DNA of 64,000 nucleotides from Cellvibrionaceae bacterium (GTDB lineage Bacteria > Pseudomonadota > Gammaproteobacteria > Pseudomonadales > Cellvibrionaceae). The number at the start of each line of letters is the position of its first letter. Position 1 is the first letter of the stretch. This document shows positions 39,234-50,602 of this stretch, in pieces. The position numbers and the translations under genes were made by a program. A model generated the notes under the pieces. It was not told where the DNA came from and did no database searches. It worked only from the letters and a program-made list of their open reading frames with translations. The stretch covers positions 2,884 to 66,883 of the forward strand of contig JBBDIU010000142.1 of the NCBI GenBank assembly GCA_040880205.1, written 5' to 3'.

Positions 39234-40397
39234 CTATTGTTCGAACTGTAATACGTCGACGGGCTGAACTTGATCGCCCATGTCATTACCAAAGGCGTTA
39301 CGTTGGAAGGTAACGACGGCTGCGGTTTCAACCGGCGTCAGCTGTGCGCCGAAAGCCTGCATCGCGGTTCCCGGAACGCCATTGACCACGACGTCCAAGT
39401 GTTCTTCGATGGTGCCAGTGGCAACGGCGCTGCCCCGAATGGCCGGAAACGCACCCGGAACACCTTCGCCGTTTGGCCCATGGCAGGAAGCACAAGAGCG
39501 GTTGTAAACGGATTGCCCTTGCGAATAGAGATCCTCGAAGGAAAAAGTCTGGCCGGCCAGCTCGCGCATTTCCGCGGCGAAGGCTTGCTGTTCGGCGATC
39601 CACTGGTCAAACTCTTCCTCTTCCACCGCTTTCACCACAAAGGGCATAAAGCCGTGATCACGGCCGCACAGCTCCGCACAGACGCCCCGGTAAACTCCGG
39701 GCTCCTCGATTTTGGCCCAGGATTCGCGCACAAATCCCGGTATTGCGTCTCGCTTGACGCCCAGATCGGGGACCCACCAGGAGTGAATGACGTCGTTGGC
39801 GGTTACCAGAAAACGGATTTTTTTGTTGATCGGCAGTACCAAGGGGCGGTCAACTTCGAGCAGGTAATTGGGAACGGTTCTAGGATCAATACCAGAACCG
39901 AGCTGCCGGGCGGCATTGCTGTCTTCGTGCAGATTGGAAAAAAAGCTCACATTGCGGCCCAGGTATTCGTACTGCCATTTCCACTGGTAACCGGTTATTA
40001 CCACATCCATATCCACGTCGGTGTCGGTGTCGTAGAGATGAATCAATGATCGGGTTGCGGGAATCGCCATGGCGACAAGAATGAGGAAGGGCACCGCGGT
40101 CCAAAAGATCTCCAGGCCGAGGTGCTCATGGAATTGTGAAGCCTGGGGATGTTTGGATTTGCGGTGCGCATACATGGTGTAGGCGAGCGCGGCAAATACG
40201 ACAACGCTGATGGCCACACAGATGATGAAAATCAACATGTGCAGCCCATAAATTTCCTGGCTGACAGGTGTTACGCCCCGGGTCATATTGACCCCCCAAC
40301 GCTCGGCTTCGTTCGCGATCGCCTGGTGGCCTGTCAGGCCTAGCAGGATTGCGAAACCTAGCAGCTGGTGGAAAAGCAGTTTGGCTCTTCTCAACAT
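39234..40397 (-). CDS. coxB: Cytochrome c oxidase subunit II with fused cytochrome c
   Basis: DVIHSW, CAELCGRDHGFM CuA motif, C-terminal CASCH. Confidence 0.97.
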   Translation of the reverse strand: MLRRAKLLFHQLLGFAILLGLTGHQAIANEAERWGVNMTRGVTPVSQEIYGLHMLIFIICVAISVVVFAALAYTMYAHRKSKHPQASQFHEHLGLEIFWTAVPFLILVAMAIPATRSLIHLYDTDTDVDMDVVITGYQWKWQYEYLGRNVSFFSNLHEDSNAARQLGSGIDPRTVPNYLLEVDRPLVLPINKKIRFLVTANDVIHSWWVPDLGVKRDAIPGFVRESWAKIEEPGVYRGVCAELCGRDHGFMPFVVKAVEEEEFDQWIAEQQAFAAEMRELAGQTFSFEDLYSQGQSVYNRSCASCHGPNGEGVPGAFPAIRGSAVATGTIEEHLDVVVNGVPGTAMQAFGAQLTPVETAAVVTFQRNAFGNDMGDQVQPVDVLQFEQ

Positions 40398-41065
40398 CGC
40401 CCGTTGTCTCCGTATTGCAAATTAAAACTGATGGTCCGAATCTAAGCAGAGAGCCCGAAGCACCTACTTCCTATCTTCCTGTTCCTGTTCGCCCCTTTTT
40501 GCATCGCCATCCCGGTGCCGATATTTCACCGATCGCTTGGGACGGTAATGGCCGGGACCAGGCATAGCCCGGCGCTGGGCACGACTGCCTGGTGATTGGC
40601 AGGCGTGCACCGGCAAGGCCGAAGCAATTCCCGTCGAATATCTTGCTATGGGCACACCTGGATGGGAGGAGCGGTCTACAAAGCGCGCGTAGGGAGCCAC
40701 ATACCCTTACGTAAGTCAAGGACTTAGTGCCGAGGTAATGATCCAAGTCGACTGGGGCGCGTATTTTACAGAGTTAAAAAAAAATTTCAGTAGTTGCGGC
40801 GCGCCAAATAGCCAAAATAAGGCCGCTTTATGGAACTCTTCGAAGCCCCCCGAAGTGTGCGCACACCTTCCGCGGCGGCCCGACAATCGGATATGCGTCC
40901 CATTGGTCGCCACCGAACGGCCGAACGGCCCGACGCTGCTGGTAGGGAAGCAACTATTATTGGGTCTCACTTGTTTTTGCAGAGCTTTAGTTTATTTTTA
41001 GTAGGAGCAGCAGCACGCGCCACGTCCGGTTTGACCCAGCGTGGCGGTCACAACCGGGAAATAGC

Positions 41066-41743
41066 ATGAGCGCTAGCAAGACCCAGCAGATTCGCGAGAT
41101 AATTCGCCGCACCAAGGCCCAGGATAGCGAAATTGTCCTGCTCCAGGCGGTGGTGCTTGATAGCGTACCCCGCCTGCACGGCGCCATTCAGCTGCCACCC
41201 AAGAATGCGGAAGCAACGCTAACTGATTTTACCCTCCGTTACATTGATCACGTACCCAATTTCATCGACGCCCTGGCGGGCCTGACCCGCGAGGCTGGTA
41301 TCTATGACTACGCCTCCATCTTCCTCAATATCGCCCAGGATTTTTTCCTCCAACCCCCCGACGCCATTAAACCGCGCGAGGGCCTGACAGCCCTGCTGCA
41401 TGAAGCTTACTTGGCACACCGGTTGATTGAGGAGGTAAATGACCGCGTGGTGGGTCGCTGCGGCATACCGCTGGCACCCATGGATATGACGCGAGCCAAC
41501 CTCGTCGTACACCAATTGATAGGTGAACCTTTTGCCAACGACCTGGATTTCGTCGTGCATTATTCAACGGAACTGCACATGAACAAGGAACACTTGATGG
41601 ACAATGCGGCCTTCCACCGCTATGTGCAGGAGCACGCGATGCGCGGCTGGGATATCGAGCTGGACCGTTGGCCCTGCTTGGCCGAGGATTTGTCTATCAA
41701 TCTTTCGTTGCGAGCCGACGAAGAGCCTCGGGCGATTCATTGA
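41066..41743 (+). CDS. Hypothetical helical protein
   Basis: 225-aa ORF filling the gap; motifs YIDHVP, EAYLAHRLIEEVND, ANLVVHQLIGEPFAN. Confidence 0.8.
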   Translation: MSASKTQQIREIIRRTKAQDSEIVLLQAVVLDSVPRLHGAIQLPPKNAEATLTDFTLRYIDHVPNFIDALAGLTREAGIYDYASIFLNIAQDFFLQPPDAIKPREGLTALLHEAYLAHRLIEEVNDRVVGRCGIPLAPMDMTRANLVVHQLIGEPFANDLDFVVHYSTELHMNKEHLMDNAAFHRYVQEHAMRGWDIELDRWPCLAEDLSINLSLRADEEPRAIH

Positions 41744-41793
41744 GGTGTGAGATGAATGGCACTTTGTTAAGGGATTTTACGGGGCATTACCCC

Positions 41794-41907
41794 GGTTGCG
41801 GTCTTGGGAGTGCCTTTTTGAGACGCGCCGTAAACCCTTCCATGGGGGCTCGGATGCAGCATCCCTGCTGCATACGGTCTCGAAAAGGCACTCCCAAGAC
41901 CGCAACC
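41794..41907. repeat. Nested palindromic element (31-bp inverted repeat enclosing two small hairpins), MITE/REP-like
   Basis: GGTTGCGGTCTTGGGAGTGCCTTTT(T/C)GAGAC arms match at 30/31; inner hairpins CCC-TTCCAT-GGG and ATGCAGCA-TCCC-TGCTGCAT. Confidence 0.85.
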
Positions 41908-41976
41908 TACAGCGTCGACTAGCTTAGCTAAGTGCCTGTTAGATGTGAGAAAAGTACGGGTCTCTTTGTAATAGCG

Positions 41977-42225
41977 TCAATCGTTTGGGTTTATTATTTT
42001 TACGATCTCTACTTCATCATCCGGGCTCGGTTTCGCTGCGGGGCGGTTCACGCGGGTAGGTAGTTCCTCGGGGGCTTGCGCAAAATTGGCCTGTTCCGCA
42101 AAATCACAGTTCACACATTCGCGATGGTCCCGTTCGTTTTCCCTGTACATTACGATTGTGTCCATGGCTTTGCAGCGGGGGCAAACGGCGCCGGCGATAA
42201 AGCGGCGTTTACTGCTTCGATTCAT
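41977..42225 (-). CDS. YheV family zinc-ribbon protein
   Basis: KRRFIAGAVCPRC...RECVNCDF. Confidence 0.92.
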   Translation of the reverse strand: MNRSSKRRFIAGAVCPRCKAMDTIVMYRENERDHRECVNCDFAEQANFAQAPEELPTRVNRPAAKPSPDDEVEIVKIINPND

Positions 42226-44327
42226 GGCAATTGTTCCCCTTGCTCGCTGATACCCGAATGGCGCAGCAGGGCTTCGATACTCGGCTCGCGACCCCGGAAT
42301 TTTACAAACAAGTCTTTGGCATCTTCTGAGCCACCCTGCTCCAAAACGGTATGGAGAAAATGTTTTGCCGTGGACTCGTCAAAAATTCCTCGTTCTTCGA
42401 ACAAGGAAAATGCATCGCTTGACAGGACTTCCGCCCATTTGTAACTGTAGTAACCTGCCGCATAGCCGCCGGCAAAAATGTGGGAAAAGCTGTTTTGAAA
42501 TTTGTTGTAGGCTGGCGGACTAATCACGGCGACCTGTTCGCGTATCTCGTTTAGTAGTGCTTGCGGGTCGCGCGGATTTTGCGGGTCGTATTCGAGGTGC
42601 AAGCGAAAATCAAATAATGAGAATTCCAATTGTCGCGCCATTTGCATTGCGGATTGATGATTTTTTGCCCTCAGTAATTTTTGCAATAGCTCCTCTGGTA
42701 AGGGGTCCCCGGTTTGGTAGTTCGCTGAGATAAGTGGGATAACCGCTTCGTGCCAACACCAATTTTCCAAAAATTGACTTGGCAACTCCACTCCGTCCCA
42801 GGCTACGCCATTGATCCCGCTTACCGAGGGACAATCGATTTGAGTCAGCATGTGGTGTAGGCCGTGGCCGAATTCGTGGAAAAGTGTTCGCACTTCGGAA
42901 TGAGTGAGCAGGGAGGGCCGCTTGGACGTGGGTGCGGTAAAATTGCAGGTTAGGTAAGCCACTGGTAGCTGGATGCCGGTCTCCATTTTACGCCGCACCC
43001 GGCACTCGCCCATCCATGCTCCACCGCGTTTGTTATCCCGCGCGTAGATGTCCAGATAAAAGCCGGCTATCGGCTTGCCGCCACGCTTTACCCGGTAAAA
43101 ATGGGCGTCCTGGTGCCATGTGGCGACTTTTTCGTCCGCCTCAATAGCAACATCGAATAAACGGCCGGCCACTTTGAACAAGCCTTCGATTACCTTGGTT
43201 ACTGGGAAATAGGGCCTCAACTCTTCTTCGGATATTGCGAATACATCCTGGCGCTGCTTTTCCGAGTAGTAGGCGAGATCCCAGGGTTCCAATTCCTCAA
43301 CGCCGAACTTTTCTTTCGCGAAGGTTTTAAGTTGCGCAAATTCCCGTAGCGCGGCCGGGCGGGAAGTTTTTGCCAATTCGATTAGAAAGTTCATGACTTC
43401 GTCGGTACTACCTGCCATTTTGGTGGCCAAGGAGCGCTCGGCGTAATTGGCAAAGCCCAGCAGCTGAGCCAGTTCGTGCCGCAGTGCCAACACCTCGTCA
43501 ATGATGGGCTGGTTGTCCCATGCCGTTGGGTCCTTTCCCCCAATAGCCACGCCGTGGGCGGATGCCCGCGCGGAAAAAGCGCGATACACTTCTTCCCGCA
43601 ATTGCCTATCTTTCGCGTGAGTCATGATCGCGATATAGGCTGGCGCATCAAGTGTGATCACGTGGCCCTCGATTTTTTTGTCGCGCGCCGCCTGGCTGGT
43701 ATTGTCGAGTGCGGATTCGGGAAGTCCCGCGAGCCGTGTCTTGTCCTCGATAATTTTGTACCAACCCTGAGTGGCATCCATGACGTTATTGGCGAACTGG
43801 GTGGACAGTTCCGACAAACGCTTTTTGATTTCACCGTAGCGATGTTTCCGCTCTTCCGGCAAGGCAACACCCGCCAGGTGAAAATCACGGATGTGGTTTT
43901 TGATTGTTTTCTGTTGTGCTCTGTCGAAGCGCTGGAAGGCGGGGCTGCTTGCCAGGGATTCAAACGCGCGGAACAGGGTTTCATTTTGGCTGATTTCGGT
44001 GTTGTATTCGGTCAGCTTCTGTAATGCCTGCTGATAAATCTCGCGCAGTTCCGGGGAATTTGCCACTGCGTTAAGGTGGCTTACTGGCGACCAGGCGCTG
44101 GCCAGCTTGTCTTCGCGCGCTTCGAAGGGCGCAACCAGATTGTTCCAGCTTGGCTCCAGCTGCTTGGTTAACTGTTCCGTCAGGGCACGACGGTTGTCGT
44201 CGATGATTTTGTCGATTGCCAGCAGGACATGTGCTGTCTGAATACGATCAAAGGGTGGCAAATCGACAGTTTCCAACAGGGGGTTGGTTGCGTCGTTTTC
44301 CGGTTGGGCTGATTCGGACTGTTTCAC
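42222..44327 (-). CDS. prlC: Oligopeptidase A (M3)
   Basis: NPLL, KRGGAWM, FHEFGHGLHH, VELPSQ, FSHIFAGGYAAGYYSYKWAE. Confidence 0.96.
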   Translation of the reverse strand: MKQSESAQPENDATNPLLETVDLPPFDRIQTAHVLLAIDKIIDDNRRALTEQLTKQLEPSWNNLVAPFEAREDKLASAWSPVSHLNAVANSPELREIYQQALQKLTEYNTEISQNETLFRAFESLASSPAFQRFDRAQQKTIKNHIRDFHLAGVALPEERKHRYGEIKKRLSELSTQFANNVMDATQGWYKIIEDKTRLAGLPESALDNTSQAARDKKIEGHVITLDAPAYIAIMTHAKDRQLREEVYRAFSARASAHGVAIGGKDPTAWDNQPIIDEVLALRHELAQLLGFANYAERSLATKMAGSTDEVMNFLIELAKTSRPAALREFAQLKTFAKEKFGVEELEPWDLAYYSEKQRQDVFAISEEELRPYFPVTKVIEGLFKVAGRLFDVAIEADEKVATWHQDAHFYRVKRGGKPIAGFYLDIYARDNKRGGAWMGECRVRRKMETGIQLPVAYLTCNFTAPTSKRPSLLTHSEVRTLFHEFGHGLHHMLTQIDCPSVSGINGVAWDGVELPSQFLENWCWHEAVIPLISANYQTGDPLPEELLQKLLRAKNHQSAMQMARQLEFSLFDFRLHLEYDPQNPRDPQALLNEIREQVAVISPPAYNKFQNSFSHIFAGGYAAGYYSYKWAEVLSSDAFSLFEERGIFDESTAKHFLHTVLEQGGSEDAKDLFVKFRGREPSIEALLRHSGISEQGEQLP

Positions 44328-44478
44328 TTTGATGTGTCCCTCACTACTGATCAGTTGCCGACAATTCGGTTGTTAACTTGCTTGTGGATCCAGCCGACCC
44401 GGGGCTCAAGATTAGCTATGTTACACTGCTGCGATACGGCTAGTGCCCTTCACCTATTTTATCCGGTAAACCGTGTTT

Positions 44479-45036
44479 ATGAATTCCATTCGCGCTTATG
44501 ATGATATTTCGCCCATTTTGGAAGCGGGCGTTTATGTGGACCCGATGGCAAGCGTCATTGGCGATGTTGTGATCGGCCGGGACTCTTCCGTTTGGCCGTT
44601 TGCGGTCTTGCGCGGCGACGTCAATCAAATTCGCATCGGGGAACGAACCAGTATCCAGGATGGCAGTGTGGGACATGTGACCCACAAGAGCGACGCACTG
44701 CCAGATGGTTGGCCGCTGATAGTGGGCGACGATGTCACGGTTGGACACAAAGTCGTGCTTCATGGTTGCAATATTGGCAATCGGGTCTTGGTGGGAATCG
44801 GCTCCATTGTGCTGGACGGTGTTGTGGTCGAAGACGATGTGATGATCGGTGCCGGTACGCTGGTGCCGCCCGGCAAGGTGTTGGAAAGCGGTTATCTCTA
44901 CCTCGGCAGCCCTTGTAAGCGGGCGCGGGCGCTGAAGGATACGGAGCTGAAGCACTTGTCCTATTCGGCCCGACATTACGCAAAACTGAAAGATACTTAC
45001 TTGGCGGGTCGCAATCGAGGCGCGCAACCAACTTAG
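44479..45036 (+). CDS. Gamma carbonic anhydrase family protein (YrdA)
   Basis: Hexapeptide repeats, LRGDVN, IQDG, VTVGHKVVLHGC. Confidence 0.94.
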   Translation: MNSIRAYDDISPILEAGVYVDPMASVIGDVVIGRDSSVWPFAVLRGDVNQIRIGERTSIQDGSVGHVTHKSDALPDGWPLIVGDDVTVGHKVVLHGCNIGNRVLVGIGSIVLDGVVVEDDVMIGAGTLVPPGKVLESGYLYLGSPCKRARALKDTELKHLSYSARHYAKLKDTYLAGRNRGAQPT

Positions 45037-45854
45037 CCGCGGATCAGCTCGATAACGGGCCTGGTCTTCGGCCGTACGCCGCGCCAGAGGTAAAAGGATT
45101 CCGCCGCCTGCTCCACTAGCATCCCCAGTCCGTCCGCCAGCTCGCTCAAGCCTTGGGCCCGCCCCCAACGCAAAAAAGCCGTGGGCTCATTGCCGTAGGC
45201 CATGTCGTAGCAGGCAGTCTGTGCGGTGATTTGCGCTTCGGTAACCGGCGGCGCCTCCCCGTGAAGGCTCATCGAGGTGCCGTTGATGATCAGGTCAAAG
45301 ATTTCCCCAGGTAAGGCATCGAGACCGCATCCGACCACGGTGCCCAGGGCCCCGAATTCCTCCGCAAGCTGCTCGGCTTTGCTCACCGTTCGATTGGCTA
45401 TCCAAATTGCGTAAGGGTTTTGTTCCAACAGGGGACCCAGCACGCCGCGCACCGCACCACCGGCACCCAGGACCAGAATTCGCCTGCCGCGCAATTGCCA
45501 TCGCAGGTTGTCGGTGAGGTCGCGGACCAGGCCACAACCGTCGGTATTGTCACCGAGAATGCTGCCGTTCGTTTCAAGTTTGAGGGTGTTGACCGCGCCG
45601 GCCAGCTTGGCGCGCGTGGTCAGGGAATCGGCAAATTGGAAGGCCAACTCCTTAAGCGGCAAGGTGATGTTGAGACCGCTGCCCCCCAGCTCGAAAAACT
45701 CCCGACAAACCTCGGTAAATTCCTCAGGTGCAACCTCCTGCTTGGTGTACATCAGGTCTTCTCGCGTCTGTTCGGCGAATAGGCGGTGAATTTCTGGCGA
45801 CCGTGAATGCACAACCGGGCTGCCGAAAACCGCGTACAGGTGGGGCTCGAACAT
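45033..45854 (-). CDS. aroE: Shikimate dehydrogenase
   Basis: HSRSPEIH, GLNITLPLK, GAVNT, NTDG, GAGGA, GMLVEQAA. Confidence 0.96.
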   Translation of the reverse strand: MFEPHLYAVFGSPVVHSRSPEIHRLFAEQTREDLMYTKQEVAPEEFTEVCREFFELGGSGLNITLPLKELAFQFADSLTTRAKLAGAVNTLKLETNGSILGDNTDGCGLVRDLTDNLRWQLRGRRILVLGAGGAVRGVLGPLLEQNPYAIWIANRTVSKAEQLAEEFGALGTVVGCGLDALPGEIFDLIINGTSMSLHGEAPPVTEAQITAQTACYDMAYGNEPTAFLRWGRAQGLSELADGLGMLVEQAAESFYLWRGVRPKTRPVIELIRG

Positions 45855-45922
45855 GAATACCTCTGTTCAGGGGGACGCCCAGTAAAAGCTGCCTGCCCAT
45901 TACACGCGTCGCGTGAAAGTTT

Positions 45923-46888
<966 letters not shown>

Positions 46889-46902
46889 TTATTCTAGCCG
46901 GC

Positions 46903-47469
46903 TCAGGCCTTGCGCAGGACGACACCGGTCAATAGATCGCGTATTTCCGTGGGTTTCGCCGCACTGCCGACCTCGCCGGGCGCAAGGGCGGCAAGCCGAT
47001 CCCCAAACTGCCGCTCGACCGCGCTTGCATCGCGCGCTTCCGGCTGGCCAGCGACATTGGCGGAAGTGGAGACAATCGGCCCCCGGCAGGCATGGCATAG
47101 GGCCACAACAATAGGGTGAGCGCTTACTCGCAACGCAACTGCCGGATGATCACCGCGAATCCACGGCGGCGCCCTTCCATTGTCCGGCACCAGCCAGGTG
47201 ACCGGGCCTGGCCAACTGTTTTCCAGTGTTTGCCGTTGCTTAGTGGAGAGGTCGTTCAAATAGGGCGCCAGTTGTTCGATACTGGCCGCCACCAGGATAA
47301 GGCCCTTGTCGACCGACCGATTCTTCAGCTCGAGCAGTTTGTTGACAGCCGCCTGGCTGTGCGGATCGCAACCCAGCCCCCACACAGCTTCTGTCGGGTA
47401 AGCGATCACTTCACCCTGGCCAATGAGGCGGCCGATCCGCCGAATCTCGGGATGCCTAGCCCAATCCAT
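46903..47469 (-). CDS. tsaC: Threonylcarbamoyl-AMP synthase
   Basis: ATG at 47469; AYPTEAVWGLGCDP, KGLIL, WPGP, STSAN. Confidence 0.95.
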   Translation of the reverse strand: MDWARHPEIRRIGRLIGQGEVIAYPTEAVWGLGCDPHSQAAVNKLLELKNRSVDKGLILVAASIEQLAPYLNDLSTKQRQTLENSWPGPVTWLVPDNGRAPPWIRGDHPAVALRVSAHPIVVALCHACRGPIVSTSANVAGQPEARDASAVERQFGDRLAALAPGEVGSAAKPTEIRDLLTGVVLRKA

Positions 47470-47968
47470 CCGCTTTGAGCTTCTCCTGTAGCTTGGCGTC
47501 CTTTTCTCCCACGGCATCAGCATTGGCTTTGCGCTCATCCACCAGCTTTTGGTGCAGCGCCGGATCGGCGACACCCAGGATCTGGGCTGCCAAATAGGCC
47601 GCATTCTTCGCCCCGGCCTTTCCGACCGCCACGGTGGCCACCGGAATTCCCCCCGGCATTTGCACAGTGGACAACAGCGCGTCCAGGCCGTCCAGACCGG
47701 CATTGATGGGGACGCCGATCACCGGCTTGAGCGTATTGGCGGAGACCGCGCCGGCCAAGTGCGCCGCCATGCCCGCAGCGCAGATAAAAGCCGCGCAACC
47801 GCGCTGGTCGGCGTCTTTTACATAGGCGTGGGTGGCCTCGGGTGTGCGGTGGGCCGAGGAAATCTTGGCCTCAAAGGGAATGCCCAGCTTTTTTAGTACT
47901 TTGAACGTGCCTTCCATGACGTCCAGATCGGAATCGGAGCCCATGAGCACCGCGACAAATGGCTTCAT
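47456..47968 (-). CDS. purE: N5-CAIR mutase
   Basis: [39 protein letters not shown]. Confidence 0.96.
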   Translation of the reverse strand: MKPFVAVLMGSDSDLDVMEGTFKVLKKLGIPFEAKISSAHRTPEATHAYVKDADQRGCAAFICAAGMAAHLAGAVSANTLKPVIGVPINAGLDGLDALLSTVQMPGGIPVATVAVGKAGAKNAAYLAAQILGVADPALHQKLVDERKANADAVGEKDAKLQEKLKADGLG

Positions 47969-48048
47969 AGTAAAACCGCCTAGTGATGATTGAATGAATC
48001 TGTGATTGCGAGAAAAGCGCGCAAACTTACCCTAAGTTGCCGACGGCC

Positions 48049-49197
48049 TCAAGCGGTTCTCTTGGCTTCGCGCTGGTAACCACTGGCGGTCTGCTGCACC
48101 AAGCCCTTCAGCTCCAGCATCGTCAACAGCGAGAGAATGCGACCTATGTCGAGGCCGGTGCGAGCCACCAGTGTATCCGCGGCGGTGGGCTCATAGCCTA
48201 AGTTAGTGAGCACCAACTCCGTCTCTTCGTCCAGTTTTTCAGCAGGCGCCTGCCGGCGCACGGGTCGGCTTTGGTCCCACATCAGGGCCAGCAAGCCTTG
48301 AAGGGGCTCCCGTAGATCATCGATCTGTTCCACCAGGGTGGCGCCGTCGCGCAGCAAGACGTGACAGCCGCGGCTCAATGGATTGTGAATGGAACCCGGA
48401 ATGGCAAACACTTCCCGTCCCTGTTGCATGGCGTAACGCGCGGTAATCAAAGAGCCGCTCTTTACCGCCGCCTCGACCACCAAAACCCCAACGCTCATGC
48501 CGCTGATAATCCGATTGCGACGGGGGAAATTGCCCGGCTGAGCCGAGGTTCCCAGCGGGAATTCGCTTATCAGGGTGCCGCCTTCCGCCAACAATTGTTG
48601 CCCCAGCCGGCGGTGTCGATGTGGGTATATTTGGTCAATGCCCGTGCCCAACACCGCAATAGTCTTGCCGCCGGCATCCAATGCGCCGCGATGGGCCGCG
48701 CCATCGATACCCAAGGCCAGGCCGCTGGTGACCACAAAGCCGGTGCGCGACAACTGGCGGGCAAATTCAAAGGCATTGTCGCTCCCGGTAGGGCTCGGGT
48801 TACGGCTGCCAACGATTGCCAGTTGGGGGAGCGCCAAATTCTCCAGGTTACCGCGCACGAACAGCAACGGCGGGCGCGAGTGGATATTCTGTAACAACGA
48901 GGGGTAATGCGAGTGTTCCGGTGTTAACAAGGCCACCTGGTTCTCGTCGAGCCAAGCCAGATCCCGGACGGCTTGTTGGGAAAGGGAGTGCTTCGAGGGA
49001 CCGCGCTGATAGCGTCTGACTTCATCACACGCCTCCTTGCCAAGGTACTTGCCGAGTTCGGCAGCCGGCGCCTGCAATATCGCCCGAGCATCCCGATAGT
49101 GCTGGCGCAACTGCCAATAGCGGCCGGGGCCAAAATCGGGAAGGCGTTGCAGAACAAGATTTGCGAGTAGCTCTTGCGGGTGTATTTCACTATCCAT
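48049..49197 (-). CDS. dprA: DNA-processing protein DprA
   Basis: AIVGSR, SGLALGID, FPRRNRIISG, SGSLITA, PGSI. Confidence 0.97.
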   Translation of the reverse strand: MDSEIHPQELLANLVLQRLPDFGPGRYWQLRQHYRDARAILQAPAAELGKYLGKEACDEVRRYQRGPSKHSLSQQAVRDLAWLDENQVALLTPEHSHYPSLLQNIHSRPPLLFVRGNLENLALPQLAIVGSRNPSPTGSDNAFEFARQLSRTGFVVTSGLALGIDGAAHRGALDAGGKTIAVLGTGIDQIYPHRHRRLGQQLLAEGGTLISEFPLGTSAQPGNFPRRNRIISGMSVGVLVVEAAVKSGSLITARYAMQQGREVFAIPGSIHNPLSRGCHVLLRDGATLVEQIDDLREPLQGLLALMWDQSRPVRRQAPAEKLDEETELVLTNLGYEPTAADTLVARTGLDIGRILSLLTMLELKGLVQQTASGYQREAKRTA

Positions 49198-49333
49198 GTG
49201 TGAAAGCCTGAACGGGATGATTGCCGGGCTAATTGTAGCGGCACGTATGCCGAAGGCAAGTATCCCGAAAAAGCCAGGGTGTCCTCCGGTACATTGCTTC
49301 CCTGCTATTGTCCTATTGGGTTCGCTGTAGAAG

Positions 49334-50398
49334 CTAGGGGTTGCGCACCATATCCAGCGTGGCCAGGGGCAGTTCCGCCTCCAGTACCAACCCGTAGCTT
49401 AGCTTCTCGTAGGTTCGAAACACCATCAGCAGGCCAGCCCGCTCTTCCGGCAGGGCCACCACTTCATTGGCGATAGGGTCTCGCGCACGCGCGCCCTTCT
49501 TGTAAACCGCCAACACATTGCCAATCTGCAAGCCTTCCCTTTCGCCTCGATTGAGTACCACGACGTCCATTCTGCCCACTTGGCTTATGCCACCTTCCAC
49601 CGCCAGAATGGTGCCCTCCACCTCGGTGGAGGGCGGCGACGGGAAGAAGGTGGAATCGATAGTGCGTTCCTCATGGGGCAGTAAGCGGTCTTTGATGCGG
49701 ATCTCTTCGGTGGTGCGGGTCACCGCGGTGGTGGCAATGTCGCCATCGACGGTTCTTACTTTGACCGTGCCGATATCCTGCGCCTGAATGCCCAGAACTT
49801 CCTCGGTAACTGGATCCACGTATACGTCGCCTCGACGATAAACACCGTACACTGGAATGTTGTCGGCAAAATCACCCCGGGCATAGAGAAAATCACCCGC
49901 GCCTACAATCAAACGGTCCCGACCACCGGCCAAGACATAGGGGGCGCGCTCCAATTGTCCCTGGGCAACGATACGACTATTGGATAAAAACTTGTCAATG
50001 ACGTCTAAGGGGATGGAGGGAATAGCTTCCGTCAGGGGAATAGTGCGCACCGAGGGACTCAGCTTCACCGTGCCGGGCTCCACCTTGTAAGTGCGCGATT
50101 CATCCCCACGTTGCACCGTAAGCCGAGGTTGCCCGTCGAGATAGATCAGGGAGATCACGTCACCGGGGTAGATGAGGTGAGGATTGTCTATTTGCGGATT
50201 GACGTGCCAGATTTCCGGCCACATCCAGGGATTTTGCAGAAATTCATCGGAGATATCCCACAGGGTATCTCCCGCGACGACGGTGTAACGGTCCGGGTGG
50301 TCTTCGCGCAATATCGGTTGCTGGCCCCAGGCGTTGTGACCCCAAGGAACGATGGCAATCAGCGATAAAACGATGACGCCGAGGAGTGTTTTTTTCAT
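49334..50398 (-). CDS. LysM peptidoglycan-binding protein (TsaP-like)
   Basis: YTVVAGDTLWDIS, WPEIW..NPQIDNPHLIYPGD; divergent from def. Confidence 0.92.
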   Translation of the reverse strand: MKKTLLGVIVLSLIAIVPWGHNAWGQQPILREDHPDRYTVVAGDTLWDISDEFLQNPWMWPEIWHVNPQIDNPHLIYPGDVISLIYLDGQPRLTVQRGDESRTYKVEPGTVKLSPSVRTIPLTEAIPSIPLDVIDKFLSNSRIVAQGQLERAPYVLAGGRDRLIVGAGDFLYARGDFADNIPVYGVYRRGDVYVDPVTEEVLGIQAQDIGTVKVRTVDGDIATTAVTRTTEEIRIKDRLLPHEERTIDSTFFPSPPSTEVEGTILAVEGGISQVGRMDVVVLNRGEREGLQIGNVLAVYKKGARARDPIANEVVALPEERAGLLMVFRTYEKLSYGLVLEAELPLATLDMVRNP

Positions 50399-50602
50399 AG
50401 AAACCGGTCCTGTTCGAGTCGGCTTGGTACCGTATTTAGCGTTATACTGTGGAACGGGCCAAATAAGGTTCCATTTTTTATATCGGGTCCTACCAGGAAA
50501 GAATAGTACACCGGTGGCATAAATGCAGGGCGATCATCATGTTAGCAGCGGGTGTTGCCTGTTTACTAGAGGTTTATCACAAAGGGTTTTATTTGCTTAC
50601 CA

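Noticed and set aside
44378-44411. sigma32 promoter for prlC (CTTGAG...TCCACAA)
   Set aside because: The -10 match to CCCCATNT is too weak to support.
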